The notes: generated by a model not told the origin, from the letters alone. Shown: positions 1 to 9,829, numbered from the stretch's first letter. The stretch: 44,675 nucleotides of DNA from a virus (IMGVR_UViG_3300028920_000119:1-44675), one strand, 5' to 3'. Translations and numbers: made by a program.

Positions 1-209
1 CAGGCCCTTGACACTGTATGGGTTGAAGTTCTGGGGGTCTTTCATAAGGTCATCAACAGCAGACTTGACAGCCGCGTGTTGGTCCACCACGGCAACCTTG
101 GACCGCTCATTGGCTCTGTTGTTGAGTATACGCATAGTCTCTTCGTAAGCGTCCGCGTCCTTGAGATTGTCAAGCTCTTCGACCTGCTCGCCAAAGCTCA
201 GGCCTTGAG
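1..209. repeat. Terminal overlap, copy 1 (circular assembly overlap)
   Basis: 1-209 equals 44467-44675 except C87 vs T44553. It lies inside a continuous CDS, so it is most likely a circular-assembly overlap. Unit genome 44,466 bp. Confidence 0.95.
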
Positions 210-1032
210 CCTCCCAAGACTTTACACGCTCGATAGCTTTCTTCGTCAGCATTTGCTTGCGGAGCTTCTCGGTCATGCCTGCATAGTACCGAGGATCGAT
301 GTCCTCCTCGTACAAAGCCATGTGCTTAAGAGCAGCCTCTGGATCTTCCTCGGCCAAAGCCTCCGTCACCTCAGCCAGGAGTGTATGCTTGGTGAGTGTG
401 ACCTTGGCATCGATGACTTCCTTGGCTTCCCCCTTGTGTAGTGACCGCACGTTGGCCTCTACTTCTTCGAGTTCCTGATCGATCTTCGAAGGAATAGCCC
501 TGTTCTGTACAGCCTCGATGATCGAAGTGTTAATGGCGGCTTCCTTGGTCGTCTGGTCAAAAGCTATGGCAGCCTTCCTCTGGAAGTTGATCATGTCGAC
601 CAGATGTGAAGCCTCGTAGTCCATAGTCGAGATGTCATAATAGTCAAGAGCCTGCGGGTTGAGACCATCAGCAAACTTCTTGCGGAGTTCCTGCATTGGC
701 ACTTTGTACGTCTCATACGAAGCCACGGCCTCTTCGCCCTTGGTCTGGAGTACTTCGTTCATCAACTCCTGGGAGGCGGTGCGGTACTGATTTATGCGAT
801 CGCGGGCAAGGGCCCTGTCTGCCCGGTCCCGCTCCTTCTCCATAATGCCTTCAAGAGCCGAGACGTATCCGGTAAGCTGTCGGCCCAGGTTCATGCCGAC
901 CGCACCAAGTTGAGCGAGAGCCTGAGCATCGTTGCTGCCGAAGCTCTCTGCTGTGGCAGATGCTGAGAATCTTACTCCGGGAAGGCCCCGAGTAAGTTCG
1001 GTCTTACCGCCGCTACCGTATGTACGCACCAT
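1..1032 (-). CDS. Internal virion (ejection) protein, 5' part; continues through the overlap into 44466-43534 (about 654 aa in total)
   Basis: Missing from the ORF track. ATG at 1032 with GAGG upstream; open frame MVRTYGSGGKTELTRGLPGVRFS... runs to base 1 and is in frame with 43534..44601. It lies between the small internal virion gene and the giant virion gene, as T7 gp15-like genes do. Confidence 0.8.
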   Translation of the reverse strand, partial: MVRTYGSGGKTELTRGLPGVRFSASATAESFGSNDAQALAQLGAVGMNLGRQLTGYVSALEGIMEKERDRADRALARDRINQYRTASQELMNEVLQTKGEEAVASYETYKVPMQELRKKFADGLNPQALDYYDISTMDYEASHLVDMINFQRKAAIAFDQTTKEAAINTSIIEAVQNRAIPSKIDQELEEVEANVRSLHKGEAKEVIDAKVTLTKHTLLAEVTEALAEEDPEAALKHMALYEEDIDPRYYAGMTEKLRKQMLTKKAIERVKSWEAQGLSFGEQVEELDNLKDADAYEETMRILNNRANERSKVAVVDQHAAVKSAVDDLMKDPQNFNPYSVKGL

Positions 1033-1042
1033 TGTTGTGTCC

Positions 1043-1669
1043 TCAAGTCCTCGGCTGCCTAAGGCTGTTGTTCAGGCCTATCATCTGATACGAAAAAACC
1101 TGGCCAGCAGACTGTGCCGCACCACCAAGCAAGGTAGGAGCCGCAGCCAAGGCCGGAGACGAGTTCTTCATGCTGGACAACCTGCCTTGAGCAGCATAGT
1201 TCCCGGCCTCCATATTGAAGCCCCAAGCTTCTCTGGCTGCATTACGACGTATGGTCATGGCATCCTCTTCGCCAAGCTGCGTCGTATCGAGAACTGTATC
1301 AAGCGGAGATCCTTCGTCCACTACCACACCAGACTCCGCGAATGCTACCCTCTGCATGCCCTTAAAGTGAGCCACTCGTCGTCGGTGCTGGAGTTCTGCC
1401 TCTTCACCTCTACGGATAGCATCCTCAGCCTGGAGGTTGGCTATCTGAGCATTCCGCTGCATGATCTTGGCGTTGTAGTCGTTCGCCGCGTTTTGTGCCT
1501 GCTGGTTAGCATACTGGCCATAGCCCGCCACACCTGCAGCGATGGCCGTAGAGGCTATAGAGAAATTGGCCACTGTGGCCATCATGCCTGCAGTAGCAAT
1601 CTGTGCGGAGGTAGCCGTCGCAGCAGCCGTCGCACCACCAAGAAGCATCGTTCCTGTAATCACGCACAC
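1043..1669 (-). CDS. Internal virion protein (Ala/Gln-rich, T7 gp14-like position)
   Basis: Starts MC, hydrophobic Ala/Gly N-terminus, QQAQNAANDYNA coiled segment, AFAESGVVVDEGSPLD motif; synteny. Confidence 0.7.
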   Translation of the reverse strand: MCVITGTMLLGGATAAATATSAQIATAGMMATVANFSIASTAIAAGVAGYGQYANQQAQNAANDYNAKIMQRNAQIANLQAEDAIRRGEEAELQHRRRVAHFKGMQRVAFAESGVVVDEGSPLDTVLDTTQLGEEDAMTIRRNAAREAWGFNMEAGNYAAQGRLSSMKNSSPALAAAPTLLGGAAQSAGQVFSYQMIGLNNSLRQPRT

Positions 1670-2154
1670 TGTTCTAGCTCCTTGCTGAGAACCGGATCAC
1701 GCTCACGCCAAAACCGGTAGAACAACTTGCCTTGGCAACCGAAGGTTTGAGGCTCCTTGTCAAACTCGAAGCCAGCCCAACGAAGCCATCGTATTGATTT
1801 CCGGCTCTCAGCATATGTCCAGTTCTCAAGATAAGGGTAATCCAGAAGCATGTCCAGTATGATAGCCTTGGTCCACCGGACCGCTTGGATCTGATGCTTA
1901 AAAAGCTCTTCCGTAGACAACATCCATGGACGACCCACCAAGCTGCTTATCGTGGCAGAGCCGACACCAAAAGCAAGTTCCGGCCTGCCATCCACAACAG
2001 CCACTTGCGTATAGTCGGACAACTCGAAAGACTGCTGAAGACCGTCGTCAGCAGACACCCCGAGCATGGCCTGTACCTCGGCCTCATCTTCTGGCTTCAA
2101 ACGACCCTTCATGCCATCAATGAGCTTCTGGGTTGCTCTAACTAAACTAACCAT
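1660..2154 (-). CDS. GNAT-like virion-associated protein (T7 gp13-like)
   Basis: LKPEDEAEV..PWMLST..LENWTYAESRKSIRWLRWAGFEF pattern; follows tail tubular B. Start moved to ATG 2154 (GAGG upstream). Confidence 0.7.
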   Translation of the reverse strand: MVSLVRATQKLIDGMKGRLKPEDEAEVQAMLGVSADDGLQQSFELSDYTQVAVVDGRPELAFGVGSATISSLVGRPWMLSTEELFKHQIQAVRWTKAIILDMLLDYPYLENWTYAESRKSIRWLRWAGFEFDKEPQTFGCQGKLFYRFWRERDPVLSKELEQCA

Positions 2155-4186
2155 CCATGTCCTCAAAACTCATACGCACACAAACAGACAAGATAGTAAG
2201 AGGAACAGGGTCACTATTCCGTACATACAGGCGAGCAACATCAGCCTCGTTGGGCTCAAGAAGTAGCTCAACATCACCGTTGAGCAAAGGTACTGCCTCA
2301 CCATAAGCTTCATCTGTCCTAACAGGTGCTTCATTTAGGTGGTCCTCGTCTGGGCCTGCCCAGAACGCTCTAGAGTCCTTCAGTCGTACTACAACAGAAT
2401 CGATCGATCTGTACTTATCCTGCAGGGTTTCACTGGAACCCACAGGTTCAAAGTCGAGTGTCTCTAAGTCCGAGGTGTAGCTAAGACCGATGTGGACAGT
2501 AGACGCCGTGACCGGCAGCGTCACCGAGCCAGAAGATACAACCAGGCCGCTAAGCACCACGCCATCGGCAAAAGCTACAACTGTTTCGCCTTCTAAGTGG
2601 TCAAGACCCGAGAAGGTATCAGTAGCCTCACCACTATAGCTGAGTCCGCTGTCAACGAAGAATGCGTCCTCTATGTCCCCGGTGGACATCCCGGGGTCAA
2701 GCTGCTCTATATACCTTACCGTCGAGCCGTTAATTGTACGCCTGACCACGAAGTAGACCATGTCAGAAGTACTATCACCCGAAGGCTGACAAGCTACGCT
2801 TTCGAAGTAGCCCTCAGTGGTATGTTGGTGCCACCCCCATACTCGCTGCTTCTTGTAGTAAGTCAGGCCGGAAAGAGTCCCATCATCGAACACAACCCAA
2901 AGTATTGGCTCGGGATTCTGCTGGAAGGCCCAGGACACAATCTCCTTCCTGTCAAACAGGTGGCGGGCCATAAGAGTCAGGTCATCGCTGTCGTAGTGGT
3001 CAACCTCGAAAGAGTAAGCCAGGTCTCGCACTGTGTTGCTCGTGATGTCCACAAAGAGTATGGACGAACCAATCACAACCGGGGCCAGTGTATGAGAGCC
3101 CCAGTTGCTTTGACGCTCCACCGCCGGTATGCCAGTCTCATCCCCGGCGGGGGTATACATCCGCCACTCGCCGCCAGTAGTGCCGATGATCAGGTCAGAC
3201 AGCGGAACCATCCAACGCACTTCGTTCACCTGCTTGGCATTGAGGGTGATGGACCAAGCTTCATCGGGTCGTCTTGGGTACGACCGGTTCATGTTCTCGA
3301 AGCTGCCTATCGCGGAGGCGAAGACCGTATCCGGCTTTTGGTTGCTCCTCGCCCGCAACAAGCGTTGCTTGTAGAACTCACCTACCGCCGGATATCGACC
3401 AGAGCCATCAAATGGGTTCTCCAGCACAGGGGGAACGGTAGTGTAGTCCGGGGTTATGCCTCCTGACGGCTCAGTAAAGGTCTTACTGTCGCTCTGGCCT
3501 ATCCAGCCGTATGTCCCACCTTGATTACCATCCTTGTAGATGTTGTAGTACTTGGCGGCGGTGCCTGCCTCCCAAGTCAAAGTGTCTCCTGGGTCAGCGG
3601 CAGCAGCCGAGGAAGCTACTGACTCCTCGCCGTCCTCGGTGACGGCTGTTACAACATAGTTGTAGTCAGTCCCAGACCCCACACTCCGGGTTAACTCAGT
3701 GGGTGCCGAAATGCTCGCTGTGTATGTCAACGCAACCAGGTTCCAAGAGTCGTGTGCCGACCGAGTCAGCTTCCTTTCCTGGAAAGACGGATGGAAGAGA
3801 TACATCACATCGGCTGACTGAGTGAACGTCAGCAGGGCAAGATCGTCCGAGCTATAGGGGGTGTCAATTTCGACTATGTCATCAGTAACATCATCACGCA
3901 CCAAGCCCCCATCCATCAGGATACGCATCTTGTAGTTGGAGAACTCAAGGAAGTACTTCTGAACCACAGAGAAAGTGAAGGGTATCAGGATGCTGGCGTG
4001 GCTGCTGCTGTATGCGTCATCGAGATACCGTAGACCTCCCCGGTTGGATACACCACCATGGACATGCGGTATGAAGTTCTTAACGAGTCTGGCGGCTGTT
4101 GGGTAAACATCAAGATCAGTACGACCGTACAAGCTTGGAGACCATTCGCCTCCGGTAAAGGATCTCTGGATTATGGAGATACTCAT
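2147..4186 (-). CDS. Tail tubular protein B / nozzle
   Basis: 679 aa; N-terminal QRSFTGGEWSPSLYGRTD, FTQSADVMYLFHP, YPAVGEFYKQRL, WGWHQH motifs typical of podovirus nozzle proteins. Confidence 0.88.
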   Translation of the reverse strand: MSISIIQRSFTGGEWSPSLYGRTDLDVYPTAARLVKNFIPHVHGGVSNRGGLRYLDDAYSSSHASILIPFTFSVVQKYFLEFSNYKMRILMDGGLVRDDVTDDIVEIDTPYSSDDLALLTFTQSADVMYLFHPSFQERKLTRSAHDSWNLVALTYTASISAPTELTRSVGSGTDYNYVVTAVTEDGEESVASSAAAADPGDTLTWEAGTAAKYYNIYKDGNQGGTYGWIGQSDSKTFTEPSGGITPDYTTVPPVLENPFDGSGRYPAVGEFYKQRLLRARSNQKPDTVFASAIGSFENMNRSYPRRPDEAWSITLNAKQVNEVRWMVPLSDLIIGTTGGEWRMYTPAGDETGIPAVERQSNWGSHTLAPVVIGSSILFVDITSNTVRDLAYSFEVDHYDSDDLTLMARHLFDRKEIVSWAFQQNPEPILWVVFDDGTLSGLTYYKKQRVWGWHQHTTEGYFESVACQPSGDSTSDMVYFVVRRTINGSTVRYIEQLDPGMSTGDIEDAFFVDSGLSYSGEATDTFSGLDHLEGETVVAFADGVVLSGLVVSSGSVTLPVTASTVHIGLSYTSDLETLDFEPVGSSETLQDKYRSIDSVVVRLKDSRAFWAGPDEDHLNEAPVRTDEAYGEAVPLLNGDVELLLEPNEADVARLYVRNSDPVPLTILSVCVRMSFEDMDG

Positions 4187-4831
4187 TTACCGCCTCGCTT
4201 TCACAAAGGCACTATCCGAGATCTCATGCCGGTGTCCCTCGTTAGCATTGCTGGCTTTGGCCACCCCAAGAACCACCAAGTACTCCTGATAGAGGTTCTT
4301 TGCAAGGCTCTGGCTTCGCTTCAGAGCAACAGCCATGGCTGAAGCCAACTGTAGGACCAGAGCCTGACTGAACAGACTATCGAAGACCACAGGGTTAGTC
4401 ACAGCAGCAGTGTAGACCAGGATCGCGTTCTCTTGGTTGGATACGATACGTCTGGCGTCCAAGTCTTCACTGGCCACCACCTCGAACTCAATCTTCTTGG
4501 ATGAAGAGTAAGTAGCCTGGGTATCATCGTAGTACGAATCGGGGTCCGCCGATGCAGTCTCGTCATGAATGCGGATAGCATTAAGACAATCCGTTGGGTA
4601 CTGGTACACATAGTCCCACCCAGAAACCGTCTCGTCACTTACCAGAGCCAGCGTCTGCTCTTTCCGTGCAAAGGTCCATGGGTGATCACGGAGTACAGCA
4701 TCACGAGCCACAGGGTAATGCAAGCTGCAAGCTCTCGCCTGCCTGGATGCTTCTGACAGAGACTGTATGCCAGGACATCCTAGCCTCGACAAAGCCAGGT
4801 TGCACAGTTGAACTTCGCTCACGCTTGACAT
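4187..4831 (-). CDS. Tail tubular protein A / adaptor
   Basis: SEVQLCNLALSRLG..YPVARDAVLRDHPWTFA..YQYPTDCL motifs; GGAG RBS. Confidence 0.88.
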   Translation of the reverse strand: MSSVSEVQLCNLALSRLGCPGIQSLSEASRQARACSLHYPVARDAVLRDHPWTFARKEQTLALVSDETVSGWDYVYQYPTDCLNAIRIHDETASADPDSYYDDTQATYSSSKKIEFEVVASEDLDARRIVSNQENAILVYTAAVTNPVVFDSLFSQALVLQLASAMAVALKRSQSLAKNLYQEYLVVLGVAKASNANEGHRHEISDSAFVKARR

Positions 4832-4848
4832 CTCAATTCTCCATTACC

Positions 4849-4906
4849 AAAAAACACCAGGGCCGGGCATCAGTCACCTCCATGTTCCTGCCGCCGGTCC
4901 TGGTGT
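4849..4906 (-). terminator. Putative intrinsic terminator after the lipoprotein gene
   Basis: Minus strand ACACCAGGACCGG...CCGGCCCTGGTGT stem followed by a T run; large loop. Confidence 0.5.
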
Positions 4907-4947
4907 CCGGTTGTCCTGGCCGGTCAACAGCCTCTGTACTACAAAGC

Positions 4948-5487
4948 TCACGGAGACAAGCCAGGGACGAAGTACTGCAGAAGCAAACTGGCAATCGAAT
5001 CAGTGATCTCACCAGCCGCTCTCATACGCTCTACCGTTGCTAGTGCCTCTGTCTGTGTTAAGCCTTCGAGCGACTTGGCGGCCTGCAAGTAGGCATCCAC
5101 CTGTTTGCCCATAGGCTCTGACAGATTGAGGTTCATAGAGTCAGCCTTGATAGTGATCTCACCACTCGTTGGGTCTCGGATAATCTCCAGGCCTTCGATA
5201 ACTACATCCTGCGGAGAGTTGACGTACAGCGTACCTTGTTCAAGTAAGATCGCGGCGATGCCAGAAGCTCCGGGGCCATTCACCCATATACCTTCAGCAT
5301 CAGCCTTGGATAGCTGCGGGCCTATGCCCAAGTTGGTAGCTTGCTGAAGGCCTTCGCCATTCATCTGACTCGTATTGGCTGTGGATGTAATCTGCTTCAG
5401 ATTACCATCCGGCTTCAGAAACGTCTGGTTGTGTGTGCAGCCCACGCACAGGGCGAGGACTAAAAGCAAGCAGCCTAGCATCTTCAT
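4948..5487 (-). CDS. Putative lipoprotein
   Basis: MKMLGCLLLVLALCVG-C signal peptide with lipobox-like Cys; AGGAG RBS. Confidence 0.65.
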   Translation of the reverse strand: MKMLGCLLLVLALCVGCTHNQTFLKPDGNLKQITSTANTSQMNGEGLQQATNLGIGPQLSKADAEGIWVNGPGASGIAAILLEQGTLYVNSPQDVVIEGLEIIRDPTSGEITIKADSMNLNLSEPMGKQVDAYLQAAKSLEGLTQTEALATVERMRAAGEITDSIASLLLQYFVPGLSP

Positions 5488-5522
5488 GTTGGTTCTCCTT
5501 CCGTCTCTTCCTGGTTCTCGGC

Positions 5523-5732
5523 CTACTCTTCGTCGTTGTCTTCGATGCCGAAGGGCTCACGAATGACCTTCTTGATCAAAGGCAGTATGAGCATGTCATC
5601 CAGCTTGTTGTCAGAAGCAGCCACCATGTCCTCTATCTTGTCGAGAGCCATGTCCACAGCCTGCTTGACCTTGTCTGGAGGAAGCTGCTCCAGGAGACTG
5701 GCCACGATCAACTGTATCATCTTCTTGACCAT
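5523..5732 (-). CDS. Hypothetical small helical protein
   Basis: 69-aa ORF in operon orientation with AGGA RBS; fills the gap between neighbours. Confidence 0.7.
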   Translation of the reverse strand: MVKKMIQLIVASLLEQLPPDKVKQAVDMALDKIEDMVAASDNKLDDMLILPLIKKVIREPFGIEDNDEE

Positions 5733-5743
5733 GTGTTTCCTGC

Positions 5744-6058
5744 CTAACTGAACAGATCGGGGTCAGCGGCGGCTTCGCCCCCAACCGCAGCCTCTGAGTC
5801 CTCCCCGGCATCTGGTTCCTTGGGTACCTCTTCGACCACGACCTCCGGCTCCTTCGTGAGAACCGTCCGTGGATCGATTGACTTGCTCTCAACCTCGCCA
5901 AGAGTTCTCGGCTCGCCCTCCTGAACCGTCTTGACGATACGAACCCTGGCCGCCGGGGCAAAGTACGGAGGTATATCCTTCCGCTCGGATGTCATTGCTT
6001 CTCCCACTTTCCACCGCCTGCCTTGGAAGAAACACTTCTTAACGCAGATGTACTTCAT
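5744..6058 (-). CDS. Hypothetical virion-region protein with acidic tail
   Basis: MKYICVKKCFFQGRRWKVGE N-terminus, acidic C-terminus, GAGGAG RBS. Confidence 0.7.
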   Translation of the reverse strand: MKYICVKKCFFQGRRWKVGEAMTSERKDIPPYFAPAARVRIVKTVQEGEPRTLGEVESKSIDPRTVLTKEPEVVVEEVPKEPDAGEDSEAAVGGEAAADPDLFS

Positions 6059-6081
6059 CGCATTCTCCTCTCGTCGATCAG

Positions 6082-6129
6082 AAAAAGGACAAGGGCTGCC
6101 AGGCTGCTAAAAAAGCCCGGCAGCCCTTG
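6082..6129 (-). terminator. Intrinsic terminator after the capsid/cement genes
   Basis: Minus strand CAAGGGCTGCC...GGCAGCCCTTG stem followed by TCCTTTTT. Confidence 0.7.
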
Positions 6130-6157
6130 CTGGTTTTCAGTCAGGGGGACGACTGCC

Positions 6158-6562
6158 TTATGTGTTGCTCTGGTGTTCCAGAACAAGACCGGCCGTGACC
6201 TTGCCTGCCGTCTCGGTGGAACCGGTGACCGTATAAGTCAACCGGAGATACCGAAGCTCGTTGCCCCATGGGACCGGAGGCAGCTTGAAGACATAGCCCG
6301 CCGCCAGCGTGGCCTTGACAACCACCGGCGTGTCCCACAGCAGGACGGCAGAGCCGAACGCCACATCGTCGTCGCCGTAGAGCGAGATCTTCATGTTGGT
6401 CAGGTCAGTGAAGGTGACATCGACATTGCAATGCACCTGCAGAGGAACACCCTCTGCTCCGTCCTTGGCAGCCACACCGGAGAGATCAATGATATTGTCA
6501 CTGACCTCAGTATCCCCGATGGCCTGCTCGTCGCTGAACATCAATTGCTTGTCCATTATCAT
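6158..6562 (-). CDS. Capsid cement/decoration protein (Bbp16-like)
   Basis: MIMDKQLMFSDEQAI..SDNIIDL..LRYLRLTYTVTG..AGKVTAGLV; directly after the capsid gene. Start ATG 6562 with GGGAG RBS. Confidence 0.85.
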   Translation of the reverse strand: MIMDKQLMFSDEQAIGDTEVSDNIIDLSGVAAKDGAEGVPLQVHCNVDVTFTDLTNMKISLYGDDDVAFGSAVLLWDTPVVVKATLAAGYVFKLPPVPWGNELRYLRLTYTVTGSTETAGKVTAGLVLEHQSNT

Positions 6563-6646
6563 GGTTTGTGTCTCCCAAGAATCCAAGTTTGGGTTCTGTT
6601 GTCACACTGTTTCTTATGTTAGCAAACAGTACCTCTCCTTGCCTCG

Positions 6647-7639
6647 TTAGGAGACAAGAGCTTCCGTGTCCAGGATAGCATCACACCGACGAACAGGAAT
6701 GCCGTCGTAGCTCAGAATCTGCTTTCCCTCGAAGTTGTCGAGGTTGAGCCGGATGTTACCCACTCGCTTGACCTGCCGACGAAGAATACTGCGGATCGTC
6801 TTGTTGCAGTATATCACCGGTGTTCCCATGCGGAGGTTCGGAGGAATCTCCAAAGCCTGGTCCAGCAGATCCTGGATGTCCGCGGAATCACCAGAAGCAT
6901 CCTTGGCCAGATCACTGACATCAATGTTGCAGATGCGTACAACATACCGCCAGTCACGGAGGCAGAGGCCAGCATCCCACTTGTAGTGGGCACGATAGCC
7001 TTGGTACTCGCCGCCTGCAGCGTCAGTCAGAGTGTCCTCACCCAGATCCTGGTGTTGGAGACCCGCCATGCTTCCCTTCGGGAAGATGCCGTGGCAGGTG
7101 TTCGGGCCCCACACAACCAGCCAGATCGAGGTGTTGTCTGTATCGTCGCTGCCGCCAGTGACGATGTTGTCGGCATTCTCTGCCGACAGACTCGAATACC
7201 TTGGTGCAAGACCAAGGAACTCCTCGGGGTCGGTGGAGGTGTTGCCGTAGAAGAGGGTCGATGCCATCTCCTGGTTCATCGCTTCCAGGAAAGGCCGGTC
7301 CTCCGACAATCTGAACTCAGCAGTGTTGCCGTTCAGGTCGGCAAGAGACTTGTCGATCTTGCTGTATGCTTCCAGCATACCGCAGGTGTCTGTCACCTGC
7401 ACAGACCGGCTCTTGCTCTGAGCAACACCGTAGTTCAGGATACGCCACGCCACCGTGGGAAGACCGGTGCGGACAGTAGTGCGGTGGCCGGTGGGCAAAT
7501 TGCCCGGAACCCACGCCATGTCCTCCAGGACTTCGTTGGTCTCGTTGAGGATCTCAACGATGGTAGCTGTCTTGCCATCAGGGTCAAGACGCTTGGCCCA
7601 GTCGGCCAGATTCAGAACGCCTGTTCCTACAGTTGCCAT
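6647..7639 (-). CDS. Major capsid protein (BPP-1/epsilon15-like)
   Basis: 330 aa; LADWAKRLDPDG..IVEILNETNEVLED..GHRTTVRTGLP..DWRYVVRICNID..GIPVRRCDAIL. Confidence 0.95.
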   Translation of the reverse strand: MATVGTGVLNLADWAKRLDPDGKTATIVEILNETNEVLEDMAWVPGNLPTGHRTTVRTGLPTVAWRILNYGVAQSKSRSVQVTDTCGMLEAYSKIDKSLADLNGNTAEFRLSEDRPFLEAMNQEMASTLFYGNTSTDPEEFLGLAPRYSSLSAENADNIVTGGSDDTDNTSIWLVVWGPNTCHGIFPKGSMAGLQHQDLGEDTLTDAAGGEYQGYRAHYKWDAGLCLRDWRYVVRICNIDVSDLAKDASGDSADIQDLLDQALEIPPNLRMGTPVIYCNKTIRSILRRQVKRVGNIRLNLDNFEGKQILSYDGIPVRRCDAILDTEALVS

Positions 7640-7692
7640 AATACGCTTCCTTGCGTTGCGTCAAGTAGCCGTCCTTGGCCACCAGACTGGTT

Positions 7693-8352
7693 CTATTTTG
7701 TACCGCCATACAGCGTGTCAGCAGCAGACTTGTCTGTGGCTTCTCCCGAAGAAGCTCCACCTGCCGACTGATCTTCGCCTAACTCTTTGTCAACTCTCGC
7801 CAGAAGCTTGATGATCTCGGGATTGTTGCCGTACCCGCTTCTGTCGAGCAAATCAAAGAGAGCCTTGGAACCGAAGCTGTTGAGAGTACGCTTCGCACGA
7901 GTGATAGTATCTTCATAGTTACTACCACCGAAATCAGTATCCTTCTTGATCTCGTCGACCCAGGCCTTCTGAACATCTTCGTACTGCTTGGCCTGTTGGG
8001 CCTGCAGATCCTGGGTGTGCTTAGCCGCCAGATCAACAAACTTCTGAGCTTCTGCCTGGGTCAGGTTGTTGGCCTTAGCCAACTCGGTGAAATTGCTCTT
8101 CGCCTCTTCCGCGAACTCATAACCCTCAGGGAGGGTAAAGTCCTCGTAGGCCTCTGGAGCCCCATCCTGATCCGTTTTGTCCTCAGCACCAGTCTTGTCA
8201 TCGGCACCGGCCTGACCTTGGTCATCAACCTTGCCGTCAGCACCAGCCTGGTCTTTGGTCGTCGCTTCTTCACCGGCTTCGCCGGTTAGCAGAGTGGAAG
8301 CATCGCCGTCGGGGTTAGCCTGGGCATCTGCATTTCCGTCTTCGCCTGCCAT
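7693..8352 (-). CDS. Capsid scaffolding protein
   Basis: Acidic low-complexity N-terminus, APEAYEDFTLPEG, GYGNNPEIIKLL, C-terminal AADTLYG; upstream of the capsid gene. Confidence 0.85.
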   Translation of the reverse strand: MAGEDGNADAQANPDGDASTLLTGEAGEEATTKDQAGADGKVDDQGQAGADDKTGAEDKTDQDGAPEAYEDFTLPEGYEFAEEAKSNFTELAKANNLTQAEAQKFVDLAAKHTQDLQAQQAKQYEDVQKAWVDEIKKDTDFGGSNYEDTITRAKRTLNSFGSKALFDLLDRSGYGNNPEIIKLLARVDKELGEDQSAGGASSGEATDKSAADTLYGGTK

Positions 8353-8367
8353 CTCATGCTCTCCTTG

Positions 8368-9504
8368 TTAAAGGCCTATACCTATCATTGAAACTGATAC
8401 TCTGTGATTATGTCCGGGTTCTTCCGGATATGTCAACAGCAATCTGGCAGCCCCATCTCCTGTCGCCTTGAAGGTGTACGTCTTAGGATCACCGGGAGTC
8501 CACACATCCAGCACATCCTGATCGTGCTGAGCCACCCCAAGCTCGAAAGCTGCGGACTCAGCCCAGGCACTCTCAGCCACTAAGTCAGAAGACTCGATGT
8601 AGCTACCATTGGCGGCCAGAGGATCACCTATAGGACTTGCAAACTCCTCGCCTATCTGCCCATAACAATCAGCACTGCTGTACCCAGGACAATCAGAAGC
8701 ATCAAACAAGTCAACATCTCCAGCACCTGTTGTGGGAGAACTAGTACCTTGAAGCTGCAGCTTCGCAGTCTCAGGAGTATCAACACCTGAAGTGTCGAAA
8801 CTCATATATGTCCTGTCAATACGAAGCGCACAAGTGGAAGCCGAACCAGCTACTATGCTTGAAGTCCCATAGCCTTCGGAAGTGCCATTGTCATGAACTG
8901 AATCCCATAATGCTTGGTCAATCGGGGCACCCTGATTAGTACGGTAGTGATCTCCAAAGTTGCCAAGAGCTACCGTGGTGTCTGGATCAAGATTGAGTCT
9001 GGTGTCCCCGGAGGGATTGCTGTCTTTCGACAACAAGAGCTTTTTAATAACCTCAAGCTCCAAGACCATCTCGCCCTTAACATAGTTTGGTTGAAAGTCC
9101 TCACCGAACTTCGCCCAGTCACGCATGAATAGCCCGAGCTTGGGACAGGCATCAAAGACATAACCTTGGACCTCGCTGCTGTAGTGTACTTTACTGCTGT
9201 GCTGCACCTTGTACATCAGCCTGTTCGCGGCCAGCTTGGCAACATCGAGGACAGGGCCGAAATGGTAAGCATCAGTTACATCACCCATCTTGGCCACATC
9301 CAACGCAGACTGGTCCTCTACGGCGTTAGGAACAAAAGAGATCCACTGGTCACCAAGAGCTATAACGTAGCTGTCCCGGGTTTTGACAACAGTAACCAAT
9401 TCGGACACCGGCACCAAAACCTTATCAATCTCCGCTGCTCTGAGAGATAGGTACTGACTGATATGGTTACCGTGTTGAATCCTAGTCTCTGTTAATGGTT
9501 TCAC
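8368..9504 (-). CDS. Putative head fibre/spike with C-terminal DNRLRE/CBM-like beta domain
   Basis: GTG start at 9504 with GGAGG RBS; RTYMSFDTSGV..AKLQL motif; downstream of the spike-base gene; ends MIGIGL. Confidence 0.5.
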   Translation of the reverse strand: MKPLTETRIQHGNHISQYLSLRAAEIDKVLVPVSELVTVVKTRDSYVIALGDQWISFVPNAVEDQSALDVAKMGDVTDAYHFGPVLDVAKLAANRLMYKVQHSSKVHYSSEVQGYVFDACPKLGLFMRDWAKFGEDFQPNYVKGEMVLELEVIKKLLLSKDSNPSGDTRLNLDPDTTVALGNFGDHYRTNQGAPIDQALWDSVHDNGTSEGYGTSSIVAGSASTCALRIDRTYMSFDTSGVDTPETAKLQLQGTSSPTTGAGDVDLFDASDCPGYSSADCYGQIGEEFASPIGDPLAANGSYIESSDLVAESAWAESAAFELGVAQHDQDVLDVWTPGDPKTYTFKATGDGAARLLLTYPEEPGHNHRVSVSMIGIGL

Positions 9505-9829
9505 CAGTAACCTCCACGGCTGTGCCCTCGACAAAGAGTTGCACAAGAACTCTCTGCTGGTGGCATGCCTGCCTGAGTGTACTCGCCAAAGCTATAGCCT
9601 CGCTCATTAGCTCGGCCTCTTGTGCCGCAGCATTCGCGGGTTTGTAATCGAGAAGAAGAACTACCTGCACCACAGGTTCATCCACAAAACCGTGAGTGAA
9701 CTTGCCCGGGAACCAGCTAACGCTGACCTCTCTGTCCATGGTGTATTTACGCAGAGCCTCCACGAAGGTGGTCTCGTCCGGCACACCTACATACAGATAA
9801 GCCGTTATAGCCGGTAAAACCTTCACCAC
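9482..9829 (-). CDS. Hypothetical protein (possible PII/ferredoxin-like fold)
   Basis: 115 aa directly after the stop of the previous gene, GAGG RBS; G-x-F...DEPVVQV...LRQACHQQRVLV pattern. Confidence 0.55.
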   Translation of the reverse strand: MVKVLPAITAYLYVGVPDETTFVEALRKYTMDREVSVSWFPGKFTHGFVDEPVVQVVLLLDYKPANAAAQEAELMSEAIALASTLRQACHQQRVLVQLFVEGTAVEVTGETINRD

